DNA of 64,000 nt from Chitinophagales bacterium (lineage in GTDB: Bacteria; Bacteroidota; Bacteroidia; Chitinophagales; BACL12). Positions 1-8,800 of the stretch are shown here, one piece after another. A program made the translations under genes and the position numbers. The DNA lies in NCBI GenBank assembly GCA_019694895.1, contig JAIBBA010000003.1, positions 2,313 to 66,312 on the forward strand. The letters run 5' to 3'. The notes under the pieces were generated by a model. The model ran no database searches and had not been told where the DNA came from. It was given only the letters and a program-made list of their open reading frames with translations. Position 1 is the first letter of the stretch, and every line of letters starts with the position of its first letter.

Positions 1-1
1 A

Positions 2-202
2 AAAATAGTTTAAATAAAAGCAAATTACACCGGGTAAAATCGTGGTGCTGGTCATAAAACCGAGCCAATTTCGCAATACCGGTTTATCTGATTCGTCGGA
101 AGTTGGTGATACCGATGATATTAATCCGAATATCACCAATATCAGTAGCATGAATACCAGCCAATATCCAAGATTCAATAATACGACTACGTACTTTTTC
201 AT
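2..202 (-). CDS. Partial ORF (5' end only, runs off the left edge): membrane protein N-terminus, either a second permease or a membrane sensor downstream of the ABC genes
   Basis: ATG at 202-200 on the minus strand, open to the window edge. My translation is MKKYVVVLLNLGYWLVFMLLILVIFGLISSVSPTSDESDKPVLRNWLGFMTSTTILPGVICFYLNYF, which has two hydrophobic helices. It lies 33 nt downstream of the permease stop on the same strand. Confidence 0.4.
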   Translation of the reverse strand, partial: MKKYVVVLLNLGYWLVFMLLILVIFGLISSVSPTSDESDKPVLRNWLGFMTSTTILPGVICFYLNYF

Positions 203-235
203 TTTCCGGACTTAAAGGTAATATATTCGGTTATG

Positions 236-1009
236 TTACCCTTTGGCTTTTCTGGTCACATACAACACATATCCGAAGGTCAAAAAAACGATAAAATAAC
301 CCAGGCACCAGGCATAGATATGAATTTTTTCTAATTGCGCAGCATCTCCCATCATAGTTAATGCGGGATATGAATAAGGAATAGTATAAGCATATTCCCA
401 TTGTCCGGTCAGAATTAATGAGCCAACCACCAGCAATAAGCCTATGCCGATGGACACAAGGAAATTTTTAAAGTGGAGGCTTAATAAAAATTGAAGCGCC
501 AATACAGGCAAACATGTTAACAATATTTTTCCGTTACTTGTCAAAAATTGATTCCAAGGAAAATCAACAGGAGGAAAATGCCCGGCAAAAATCAGCGAAG
601 GTATTGCTGCAGAAAGATACCAGGTGGCATTAAAATACAAGAAAAAAAGACCGGTCATGCCCAACAATACGATAAACTTAGCCACAAAAATTGCCGTATA
701 TGACTGCGGGGTGGTGTGCACCGTTTTCCAGGTGTTATTTCTGTATTCTACCTGAGTGATAAGACTTGTTGCCAATATCAACCCCATGGGCAATAAAAAC
801 ACCTGCATATATTGCCATACCTGAAAAAAGTAATAGGTCCATGCATTGAGTTCGCCCTGATACATATCGATGGTCCTATGATCTTTCAACATGCCAATCA
901 GAAAAATAAGTGGAATAAATGTACCGCCGATTAAACAAAGCCATGTGGCAATACTGTGTTTCGTTTTTAACCATTCTGATTTAATGCTTTGTAGTATCAT
1001 CATCTTCAT
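236..1009 (-). CDS. ABC-2 type transporter permease
   Basis: 257-aa polytopic membrane ORF with no soluble domain. Its start overlaps the stop of the upstream ATPase gene by 4 nt (1006-1009), the usual ABC-2 ATPase/permease coupling. Confidence 0.75.
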   Translation of the reverse strand: MKMMILQSIKSEWLKTKHSIATWLCLIGGTFIPLIFLIGMLKDHRTIDMYQGELNAWTYYFFQVWQYMQVFLLPMGLILATSLITQVEYRNNTWKTVHTTPQSYTAIFVAKFIVLLGMTGLFFLYFNATWYLSAAIPSLIFAGHFPPVDFPWNQFLTSNGKILLTCLPVLALQFLLSLHFKNFLVSIGIGLLLVVGSLILTGQWEYAYTIPYSYPALTMMGDAAQLEKIHIYAWCLGYFIVFLTFGYVLYVTRKAKG

Positions 1010-1920
1010 TTAATAAGTTCCATAAAAATTGTTTCTATATCATGTTTTTGTGCTTCGATTTTAAATACACCTACACCTCTTTCATTAAGTGTGCGATTAA
1101 GTTCAACAACACGTTGAATATTTTCGACAGACACGTGAAAAACATTTTCGGCAATATGATAAGATATTCCCTGCTCATCAAATATTTGCTTCGATAATGT
1201 AATATTATCTGTTGCGATTAGGGTTCCTTTTTGATGTCTTTGCAAGTCAGCCAATTCAGTAGTGCTGCCTTGAAATCGGAGTATTCCATTGTGAATAACA
1301 CCCACATGCGTTGCCAGTTTTTCAATTTCGGCGAGCAAGTGACTTGACACCAGAATGGTCATGCCATTTTCTTTATGTAATCGCAACAACAACTCCCTGA
1401 TTTCAATCATGCCATTTGGATCGAGGCCATTTGTTGGTTCATCGAGAATTAATATTTCGGGACTATGCAATAAGGCGATGGCAATACCCAGTCTTTGCTT
1501 CATACCCAGCGAAAATTTCCCGGCCGGTTTTGAACCTGTTTTTTCCAATCCGACTAATTGCAATACTTGTTGAATACGCTTCCTATTAGTTCCGAACAAT
1601 ATTTGCTGTATGCGAACATTTTCCGTTGCCGACAAATGTGCATAAATAGACGGCGACTCAATCAGATTTCCAATGCTACGCATCAACAACGTTCTGTGTT
1701 TATGCAAAGGCATACCTTTTATATAAATCTTGCCTTGTTGCTTTTGCAGCAGTCCGAGTATGAGCCGCAATGTGGTGGTTTTACCGGCGCCATTAGGCCC
1801 AAGAAAGCCGTATATCGACGCCCGGGGGATGACGAGATTTACATCCTGTACAACAAGCTCATTCGAGCCAAATCGATGTGTCAGGTTTTCGGTTACGATA
1901 CAATTTTCCGGTGCAGACAT
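1006..1920 (-). CDS. ABC transporter ATP-binding protein
   Basis: Walker A GPNGAGKTT, signature-like FSLGMKQR, Walker B ILILDEPTNGLD and H-loop SSHLL. It is 304 aa with a C-terminal accessory region. Confidence 0.92.
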   Translation of the reverse strand: MSAPENCIVTENLTHRFGSNELVVQDVNLVIPRASIYGFLGPNGAGKTTTLRLILGLLQKQQGKIYIKGMPLHKHRTLLMRSIGNLIESPSIYAHLSATENVRIQQILFGTNRKRIQQVLQLVGLEKTGSKPAGKFSLGMKQRLGIAIALLHSPEILILDEPTNGLDPNGMIEIRELLLRLHKENGMTILVSSHLLAEIEKLATHVGVIHNGILRFQGSTTELADLQRHQKGTLIATDNITLSKQIFDEQGISYHIAENVFHVSVENIQRVVELNRTLNERGVGVFKIEAQKHDIETIFMELIK

Positions 1921-2057
1921 ATTGGATGTTTTTCCAAAAGTATCTCCAACCGGTGCCAGGCTTAAATGAAATTGGTGTTTGAAAGGATACTATCTGCAAA
2001 CCGGCCTTTTTATCCTGCAAGATCAAAATCGAATGTATAGTGTTTTGGAATGATACC

Positions 2058-2861
2058 TCAATTAACAACCTTTGGTACAGATCCGATAAAGTCCCGCACA
2101 ATTCCATATTTCAATCGCTCCGGGTCATCAATTCGTTTTTGCAAAAAATAAGGCGGAACAAACTGTCCGGAATTAAAATAGCCTTCATACGGTTGGGAAA
2201 CGTATATGTCTTCACCGATTTTCAATCTGATTCGAAGCATTCCTTTTGTGTCACCTTGAAATTTTGGCGCAACGATCATCACAAATTCCTTTGGATGCAC
2301 TTTAATCCCATAGTAGCCATTACCACAGAAATCATATGGTAGGCATTCTATCGGATACCATTGCTCATTGTGTGGATCCATTGCTTCCTGAATAGCAAAT
2401 ACGTAACTGTCTTTCGCAACAAACACTTTTGTAGATTGTGTTGGATTTACAATAAATACCGGAAAACAGGCATAAGGAGTAAGGTCGTCGCCATAGTAAT
2501 CATACAGGGTTGTTGTATAATCGGTAATTATTTGAAAGCCATGATTATTGGTGGTATCCAACAATTGAGTCAACATACTTTCTGCTACCATATCGCTTTT
2601 AAACTTAATATATTTCGTGTGCGGATGCTTTCTATAATATATTTCATCATTAAACCTGTATTTTTCAACGATCCAATAATTTGCAAACGACATGGTATCC
2701 ATAAGCAAATTTTCAAGGGGTGTATTTGTTGGATGTTGTATTACCTTCGGTGTTTCGAAAATATCAGTGCAAGGTGTTGCCACGTTCGGCTTTGTTGTAC
2801 ATGCATGAATCGATATAATGGAAATAGCAAATATTGGCAACTTGAGGTTTTTCATAGGCAA
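2058..2861 (-). CDS. Hypothetical lipoprotein
   Basis: N-terminus MKNLKLPIFAISIISIHAC resembles a lipoprotein signal. I recognise no domain. The competing 180-aa ORF on the opposite strand (2361-2903) is Cys/Ile-rich and implausible. Confidence 0.55.
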   Translation of the reverse strand: MPMKNLKLPIFAISIISIHACTTKPNVATPCTDIFETPKVIQHPTNTPLENLLMDTMSFANYWIVEKYRFNDEIYYRKHPHTKYIKFKSDMVAESMLTQLLDTTNNHGFQIITDYTTTLYDYYGDDLTPYACFPVFIVNPTQSTKVFVAKDSYVFAIQEAMDPHNEQWYPIECLPYDFCGNGYYGIKVHPKEFVMIVAPKFQGDTKGMLRIRLKIGEDIYVSQPYEGYFNSGQFVPPYFLQKRIDDPERLKYGIVRDFIGSVPKVVN

Positions 2862-2967
2862 GATATAAACGTTAATTTTTCCAGATTAAATATGATTCCA
2901 TGAAAGAATTTTGAGAAGCCGGAGTTATATGGCTACTTTCGCCTTCAACAAAATTAAATATCACATT

Positions 2968-3441
2968 ATGGCACAAAAGATCACCACCTTTTTGACCTAC
3001 AACGACCAGGCTGAAGAAGCCGTTGAATTTTATTGCAGTATTTTTCCGGATGCCAAGATCGTCTCAAAGCAATATTATAGCGACTCGATTCCCGGTTTAG
3101 GCGGGAAGTTAATGTCTGCAACATTTACTTTATTCGACCAAACGTATTATGCATTGAATGCCGGGCCACATTTTCAGTTCACTGAGGCAATATCGCTATT
3201 CATTAGTTGTGAAGATCAGGCCGAGGTAGATCGCTATTGGAATGCGCTGACTGAAGGTGGGAAAGAAGATCGTTGTGGATGGCTTAAAGACAAATATGGT
3301 GTTTCATGGCAGGTGATACCAAAACAACTTGGCATGTTATTAAGTCACCCCGACAAAGCAAAAGCCTCGCGTGCCATGCAGTCGATGATGGGTATGCGAA
3401 AAATTGATATCGCCGAATTAGAGCGAGCATCAGAAGGTTGA
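2968..3441 (+). CDS. VOC/glyoxalase-fold protein of the PhnB/YjdN type (3-demethylubiquinone-9 3-methyltransferase domain family)
   Basis: MAQKITTFLTYNDQAEEAVEFYCSIFPDAKIV... is the typical N-terminus of this family. The ORF-track start at 2911 is TTG. The first ATG, at 2968, gives the family-typical length of 157 aa. Confidence 0.75.
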   Translation: MAQKITTFLTYNDQAEEAVEFYCSIFPDAKIVSKQYYSDSIPGLGGKLMSATFTLFDQTYYALNAGPHFQFTEAISLFISCEDQAEVDRYWNALTEGGKEDRCGWLKDKYGVSWQVIPKQLGMLLSHPDKAKASRAMQSMMGMRKIDIAELERASEG

Positions 3442-3472
3442 ATTTTTTTGAAAAATATACATCGTTTTAAAT

Positions 3473-3510
3473 AAAAAAAGGTGTGTTGAAATTTCCAACA
3501 CACCTTTTTT
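3473..3510. terminator. Bidirectional intrinsic terminator between convergent genes
   Basis: A-run 3473-3479. Perfect 9-bp stem GGTGTGTTG (3480-3488) / CAACACACC (3496-3504) with a 7-nt loop. T-run 3505-3510. Confidence 0.7.
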
Positions 3511-3525
3511 ATTATATCCTTTATC

Positions 3526-4536
3526 TCAATGTAGAATTTGAATATTTACCGACTGCACTGAATTTTCATCTACAACCTGTGCAATATACATTCCGGAAGG
3601 AATTGTTGCGCTAGAAAATGAAATCATTCCTTCCGATATGGTTGGATTTTCAATTTCGCTAACATTATTACCCAACAAATCGGTAAGTATAATTTTTTTT
3701 GCTGATGCAGAAACACCGCTTACATGCACCATATCATTTGCGGGATTTGGGAATGCCTTTAATGTGGTTTGCGCAGTTTGATCTTTGATACCAACTGTAC
3801 TATTGCTTTCATTGATCATGGCGACTTGCGATATCGTTGGAAAACCGCCGGTGCTTACACTTGAAAAATAATAGGTAAACAATGGACCTACCACACCTTC
3901 TTTCAGCCAAAACCAGATATACATGTCATAATCAATATCTACGGGTACTCCAACGGTTACATCGGAATAAACCTCATGCACAAATACGCGCATCACATCG
4001 GTGTAGGTGCCGTCAGGAAGTTTCAGGGTACCATATCCATCAGCCACTGTTTCTACAGTTCCGCTGCGGATGATTTCAACCCCCGCGTCGATAGTGCTAT
4101 AAAAGTCGTCGCTATTGGTAGCATTATAGGTTATCGGGAATGTCATCAGCTCTTCAGGATCAGAATATAATACCGTTACATCCGGTGTATAGATGCCATG
4201 ATTTTCGTAAACGGATGCGTTGATTTTATAAAAACTATAGTTGCCCATACCATTGTCCGCGGCTACGTTGGCATCAGGGAAAGCTGCACTCTGACCTGTA
4301 GCGGCTGCAGTAATGAAAGCATAATCATTGGTTTCGCCGGTGAGGGTTACCCCGCTGAAATCCCAGGTAACATCAGCACCACTTGCGCCGGGATCAAAAA
4401 GTATGGCGTCGATCATTTTATTGGTAAACTCGTCGCCCGGGCCTCCTGCTGTTGCCGAAGTAATAGTAGGTTGTGCCTGCATGAGGGCTGTAGTTGCGAA
4501 CAGGAGCATGAGAATTTGGAATTGAAGGTTTTTCAT
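3526..4536 (-). CDS. Secreted T9SS cargo protein of unknown function (paralog of 19740-20813)
   Basis: Signal peptide MKNLQFQILMLLFATTALMQAQ. C-terminal type-A sorting domain (AFPNPANDMVHV...GMYIAQV...NIQILH). It shares blocks with the 357-aa protein at 19740-20813, for example ADGYGTLKLPDGTYTDVMRV versus IDGWGQVTTPAGTYDALRLH. Confidence 0.75.
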   Translation of the reverse strand: MKNLQFQILMLLFATTALMQAQPTITSATAGGPGDEFTNKMIDAILFDPGASGADVTWDFSGVTLTGETNDYAFITAAATGQSAAFPDANVAADNGMGNYSFYKINASVYENHGIYTPDVTVLYSDPEELMTFPITYNATNSDDFYSTIDAGVEIIRSGTVETVADGYGTLKLPDGTYTDVMRVFVHEVYSDVTVGVPVDIDYDMYIWFWLKEGVVGPLFTYYFSSVSTGGFPTISQVAMINESNSTVGIKDQTAQTTLKAFPNPANDMVHVSGVSASAKKIILTDLLGNNVSEIENPTISEGMISFSSATIPSGMYIAQVVDENSVQSVNIQILH

Positions 4537-4729
4537 TTGATAGGATTGTAGGTTAAAAATACGAATCCCTTTGGGGAGTGGTGATTTTTTAGGACACTTT
4601 AACTATAATTTTAATATTTCAAGCCTTTCCGGTAAAGGGTTTCAACCGAATTGCGCGCTTTTTGACAGCGGTTTGATAAGTTTTAACCAAAAAGGCGTGC
4701 TTGCAGGTGAAGCAAAGGCCTCAAACCCC

Positions 4730-4760
4730 TTGTTTTCGTGTAAAAAACGCAGTATCTTTG
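4730..4760 (+). promoter_or_regulatory. Candidate sigma-A promoter for rpoD
   Basis: TTG (4730-4732), a 20-nt spacer, then TATCTTTG (4753-4760). This matches the Bacteroidetes -33 TTG / -7 TAnnTTTG consensus and would give a leader of roughly 100 nt. Confidence 0.3.
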
Positions 4761-4867
4761 CCCTCCGGTTCGGTCAAATCCGTCAATTCGGGAAACTTTT
4801 ATCTTTAGCATTCCGTTCTATTTATCGGTTCAAGTTCATCACTAAAGCAAAAGAGGTCTGAAGAGAA

Positions 4868-5737
4868 ATGCGTCAGCTTAAGATTACAAAATCCATCACC
4901 AATCGCGAGAGCGAGTCATTAGAGAAGTATTTACAGGAAATCGGCAAGGTTGACCTTGTTACCGCTGAAGAGGAAGTAACTCTTGCGCAGCGGATCAAAC
5001 AAGGCGATCAACTTGCGCTTGAGAAACTGGTAAAAGCCAACCTCCGTTTCGTGGTATCTGTTGCGAAACAGTATCAGCACAATGGTTTGTCGCTGAACGA
5101 CCTGATTAACGAAGGCAACGTTGGTCTGGTAAAAGCCGCACAGAAATTCGATGAAACGAAAGGTTTCAAATTCATCTCCTACGCCGTATGGTGGATCCGC
5201 CAGAGCATTATGCAGGCATTGGCTGAACAAAGCCGCCTTGTTCGTTTGCCATTGAACAAAGTTGGTTCATTGAGCAAGATCAACCGCGCATTCAGCGAGC
5301 TTGAACAAAAATTCGAACGTGAGCCTACACCTGAAGAACTTGCAGAAATCTTGGACCTGGCACCGGATGAAATCAAAAATACACTTAGCGTATCCAGTCG
5401 CCACGTATCTGTTGACGCACCATTTGATGATGGTGAAAACAGCTCACTGCTCGATGTATTGGAAAACCGCGATGTAGAACGCACCGACGAGAAACTGGAT
5501 TACAGCCACTCGCTAAAAGTAGAAACCGAGCGCACGCTTGCAACTTTAACAGAGCGCGAACGCGATGTTATCAAACTTTTCTTCGGTATTGGTGTTCCAT
5601 ATGCAATGACATTAGAAGATATTGGCGAAGAATTTGGTCTTACCCGCGAACGCGTTCGTCAGATCAAAGACAATGCTATCAATAAATTACGTTCAAGCAC
5701 ACGCAATAAAGCATTAAAGGCTTATCTTGCGCAGTAA
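4868..5737 (+). CDS. rpoD: RNA polymerase primary sigma factor (sigma-A/RpoD, short Bacteroidetes type)
   Basis: 289 aa. Region 2 reads [12 protein letters not shown]...[36 protein letters not shown]. Region 4.2 reads [28 protein letters not shown]. Confidence 0.95.
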   Translation: MRQLKITKSITNRESESLEKYLQEIGKVDLVTAEEEVTLAQRIKQGDQLALEKLVKANLRFVVSVAKQYQHNGLSLNDLINEGNVGLVKAAQKFDETKGFKFISYAVWWIRQSIMQALAEQSRLVRLPLNKVGSLSKINRAFSELEQKFEREPTPEELAEILDLAPDEIKNTLSVSSRHVSVDAPFDDGENSSLLDVLENRDVERTDEKLDYSHSLKVETERTLATLTERERDVIKLFFGIGVPYAMTLEDIGEEFGLTRERVRQIKDNAINKLRSSTRNKALKAYLAQ

Positions 5738-5785
5738 TTAAAATACTGTTTCGAAAGAAACAAATATTTGTGTTTTCATGGGGAT

Positions 5786-5823
5786 CCCCCGGGAAAGTCT
5801 TCGACGGAACCGGGGGTTTTTTT
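5786..5823 (+). terminator. Candidate intrinsic terminator downstream of rpoD
   Basis: 7-bp stem CCCCCGG (5786-5792) / CCGGGGG (5810-5816) followed by a T-run at 5817-5823. A second small hairpin, TGTTTC-GAAA-GAAACA at 5747-5762, sits directly after the stop codon. Confidence 0.5.
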
Positions 5824-5874
5824 ATGCCCGGCATTTAGGATTTTTCAGAATAATAAATTGAAGGGCAATGCCAA

Positions 5875-6726
5875 TTACTTCCAATTTTTTACTTCACAAA
5901 TTCTTTCATACGCCTCAATCACCAGTCTTAATTTTGATTCCAATAATTTCTTTTCGTCAGCAGAAGCTTGCGGATTTGAATCAGGATGGAATTTTTTTGC
6001 AAGGCGATAATAGGCGCGTTTGACTTCCTTTTCATTTGCTGTAGAAGCGAGCCCCAATGTTGTGAATGAAGATGATAATGAATTGAATTCTTGCTCCGGA
6101 CGGTGAGCCTGTTCTTCATAAGTTTGTTCTTCAGAATATTGTTGATCGCGCATTTTTCCCTTTACTGTGTTGTACACCTGCTGCACGGTTTCAAATGGAA
6201 CACCAATTCTTGCGGCGAGATAATTAATGCTGTGATGCAGATTCTCTTTGTTGACACCGGGTTGTTCTCCAAGTTCGAATAAAAATCTTAGTAAAGTATT
6301 TTTTTCTCCTACAGAAGCATATTGTTGTATTTGTCCGCAAATTGCTTCCACTTGAATACGCTGTCTTAATAATTCATAAAAAAAACTCAGTCTTCGCTGC
6401 GTATATGTTTCACCAAAAGTATTTACCAAAGCGCTGCGCACCACGTTACTTGACAATTTACTTCCTACGCCGGGTGTTTGCATAACAAAGGCTCCCAGCA
6501 TCATAAAGCTCACGCGGAAATCACGTTTTTCCTTTTTCTCAGGAAAGACATATTCCGTATCCATAAAACATCCGATAATAAATCCGACTATGGCTCCTCG
6601 AAGTTCAAAATCGAGCAGTAACCCGAATACCATCAACGCGAATTTATTCAAACCGAAAACCTTCAAAGTCATCTTGACTCCGCTTTGCGTGTGAAAGGTG
6701 ATTCTGAGGTTTTTATTGAATTTCAA
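5875..6726 (-). CDS. DjlA-like co-chaperone (membrane anchor, helical middle region, C-terminal J domain)
   Basis: C-terminal J domain with the HPD motif (KRAYYRLAKKFHPDSN...). Hydrophobic N-terminal segment FALMVFGLLLDF...IVGFIIGCF. The start lies 1 nt after the upstream glycosylase stop. Confidence 0.75.
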   Translation of the reverse strand: MKFNKNLRITFHTQSGVKMTLKVFGLNKFALMVFGLLLDFELRGAIVGFIIGCFMDTEYVFPEKKEKRDFRVSFMMLGAFVMQTPGVGSKLSSNVVRSALVNTFGETYTQRRLSFFYELLRQRIQVEAICGQIQQYASVGEKNTLLRFLFELGEQPGVNKENLHHSINYLAARIGVPFETVQQVYNTVKGKMRDQQYSEEQTYEEQAHRPEQEFNSLSSSFTTLGLASTANEKEVKRAYYRLAKKFHPDSNPQASADEKKLLESKLRLVIEAYERICEVKNWK

Positions 6727-6727
6727 A

Positions 6728-7333
6728 TTATCGTGCTTTACTCGTGTTCGGCGATCCTTTTATTCTGAAACGCCATGGAATGGTTTTGTACGGACCACTG
6801 AAATTCATACCCACACGGGCACCGGCAATAATGTCGTTGTCGGGTAATACAGGTGCATCAGTTATCCAAATGTGTTCACCAAATAACGACAGCCCGCTAT
6901 GCTTTGTTGTTAATCCGAGGCATTGCGCAACTAAGCCGGGTCCTGCAGCCAGTTGTGGTGTGCTATCGGATAGCCCCCTTCGCTTCAGCATATGGTTGAT
7001 ACCCCCAACCGGTGCAATGGCTCGAATCAACACTGCATGCGGCTCTCCGGTAGTATGCGTTACCACATTAAACAGGTTGTGAATGCCATAGCATAAATAT
7101 ACATAAGCCACTCCTCCTTCGGCATACATGATGCGCGTTCTGTCGGTGAGTCGGCCATTGTATGCATGGCAGCCCCGATCTTCTACCCCACAATATGCTT
7201 CTGTCTCGCAAATGATGCCGGATGTATGTGAGCCCTGGAATTTAGTGTGTAGTGTTTTACCCAAAAGAGCACGTGCAATACCTACCGTATCGGTCTGTGT
7301 GAAGAATTCTTTTTTTAATACGGTACTATTCAT
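6728..7333 (-). CDS. DNA-3-methyladenine glycosylase (Mpg/AAG family)
   Basis: IARALLGKTL...GIICETEAYCGVEDRGCHAYNGRLTDRTRIMYAEGGVAYVYLCYGIHNLFNVVT...AVLIRAI. The internal ATG at 7333 gives about 201 aa and removes the overlap with the divergent gene at 7378. Confidence 0.88.
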   Translation of the reverse strand: MNSTVLKKEFFTQTDTVGIARALLGKTLHTKFQGSHTSGIICETEAYCGVEDRGCHAYNGRLTDRTRIMYAEGGVAYVYLCYGIHNLFNVVTHTTGEPHAVLIRAIAPVGGINHMLKRRGLSDSTPQLAAGPGLVAQCLGLTTKHSGLSLFGEHIWITDAPVLPDNDIIAGARVGMNFSGPYKTIPWRFRIKGSPNTSKAR

Positions 7334-7377
7334 GCAAATTTGTTGAGCCGCAGACAAAAATACACCTGATAAAACAA

Positions 7378-8082
7378 ATGGCCTCATTATATTTAATTCC
7401 AACCATACTCAGTGAAGATGCATTGCATACCATACCTCAGTATGTGCATGAAATTACATTGCGCATCCGCATTTTTATTGTTGAAGACGAACGCACTGCG
7501 AGGCGCTATTTGCGCAAAACAGGTTATTCGGTATCGTTTGATGATGTTACCTTATTGCCTTTGAATGTCAACACAGCTCCGGAGGAGATTTCCGGGTATA
7601 TGCAATATTTTTCAGGAGATACAGAAATAGGATTAATGAGCGAGGCCGGTGTGCCTGCAGTTGCCGACCCCGGAAGTATTATTGTGAATAAATGTCATAC
7701 CATTGGTACACGCGTTGTTCCACTGGTTGGACCATCCAGTATTTTGTTGGCATTAATGGCAAGCGGAATGAATGGTCAGCGGTTTGCGTTTCACGGATAT
7801 ATTCCGTTAAAAAATCCGGAACGAAAAAATCAATTGCAAGCGATGGACATTGCTGCGAAAAAAGGCGAAACACAAATATTTATTGAAACGCCGTACAGAA
7901 ACAATCAATTGATACAGGAAATTATTTCTTCATGTCATGGCGATACATTATTATGCATAGCGACAGATATTACCGGAACTCACGAAAAAATTAAAACACT
8001 ACCCGTTTCGGCATGGAAAAAAAACATGCCTCAATTAGACAAAACGCCAACCGTATTTTTATTAGGCACTGCTTCCAAGTGA
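7378..8082 (+). CDS. SAM-dependent methyltransferase, tetrapyrrole-methylase (RsmI-like) fold
   Basis: N-terminus LYLIPTILSEDAL, then MSEAGVPAVADPG and GPSSILLALMASG, resemble the RsmI/TP-methylase family. Length 234 aa. Confidence 0.7.
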   Translation: MASLYLIPTILSEDALHTIPQYVHEITLRIRIFIVEDERTARRYLRKTGYSVSFDDVTLLPLNVNTAPEEISGYMQYFSGDTEIGLMSEAGVPAVADPGSIIVNKCHTIGTRVVPLVGPSSILLALMASGMNGQRFAFHGYIPLKNPERKNQLQAMDIAAKKGETQIFIETPYRNNQLIQEIISSCHGDTLLCIATDITGTHEKIKTLPVSAWKKNMPQLDKTPTVFLLGTASK

Positions 8083-8170
8083 AATGCTCCTTGTATGGAA
8101 GTGATGTTTTGGCTCAAATCGGTTCACAATTGACAATATTTTCACTGAGGAATAATTGTATTTTTGCAGT

Positions 8171-8740
8171 ATGATCATCATTCAACAAACTCTTGTAAGC
8201 GACGAAATTCTTGACGAAAAATTTGCATGCAACCTGCAAGCATGCAAAGGCGCCTGTTGTGTTGAAGGTGATGAGGGTGCTTTTGTAGAGCCGGAAGAGC
8301 GCAAGATGCTGGAAAAGGTTTATCCCAAGGTAAAACCCTATCTCACAAAAGAAGGCATAGACGGAATTGAAAAACAAGGGCTTTGGGTAACCAACAGCGA
8401 GGGTGTTCTAAAAACCCCTTTGATGAAAGACGGTCCTTGCGTATACACGATCTGGGAAGGTGGAATTGCACTCTGTGGAATTGAAAAAGCTTATCTCGAC
8501 GGAAAGGTGAAATGGCAAAAACCGATTAGTTGTCACCTCTACCCAATCCGATTGTCCAAAGTAGGTGAATATGAAGCCTTGAACTACGAAGAATGGGATA
8601 TTTGCAAACCGGCATGTAAAAATGGCAAGTCGCTGGGCATACCGGTGTTCAGATTTGTTAAAACTGCCATCATCCGTCGCTACGGGCAGGAATATTATGA
8701 TGCGTTGGAGGCTACTTATGCCTACAGAAAAGGCGAATAG
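8171..8740 (+). CDS. DUF3109-like Cys-rich protein
   Basis: MIIIQQTLVSDEILDEKFACNLQACKGACCVEGDEGA carries the cysteine cluster typical of the DUF3109 family. The first ATG is at 8171. Confidence 0.6.
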   Translation: MIIIQQTLVSDEILDEKFACNLQACKGACCVEGDEGAFVEPEERKMLEKVYPKVKPYLTKEGIDGIEKQGLWVTNSEGVLKTPLMKDGPCVYTIWEGGIALCGIEKAYLDGKVKWQKPISCHLYPIRLSKVGEYEALNYEEWDICKPACKNGKSLGIPVFRFVKTAIIRRYGQEYYDALEATYAYRKGE

Positions 8741-8800
8741 TGTCCTCGCGGCCATCACCATTTAAGTATTGCTTTCATCAGACCTTATTACCTTTGTTAT

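Noticed and set aside
2361-2903. 180-aa ORF antisense to the lipoprotein gene
   Set aside because: It has Cys/Ile/Arg-rich low-plausibility composition and no signal or motif. It overlaps entirely a better ORF that has a lipoprotein signal on the other strand.
4811-4850. tRNA-like GGTTCAAGT sequence
   Set aside because: I could find no complementary T-stem, acceptor stem or anticodon arm around it. I found no convincing tRNA cloverleaf in any intergenic region I checked.
4571-4861. 96-aa ORF upstream of rpoD
   Set aside because: It starts at a non-ATG codon, has low-complexity composition and sits in the AT-rich promoter/leader region of rpoD. There is no supporting motif.
7378-7402. 25-nt head-to-head overlap between the glycosylase ORF and the methyltransferase gene
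   Set aside because: This is an artefact of the longest-ORF call. Using the internal ATG at 7333 yields a glycosylase of family-typical length and leaves a 44-nt divergent spacer.
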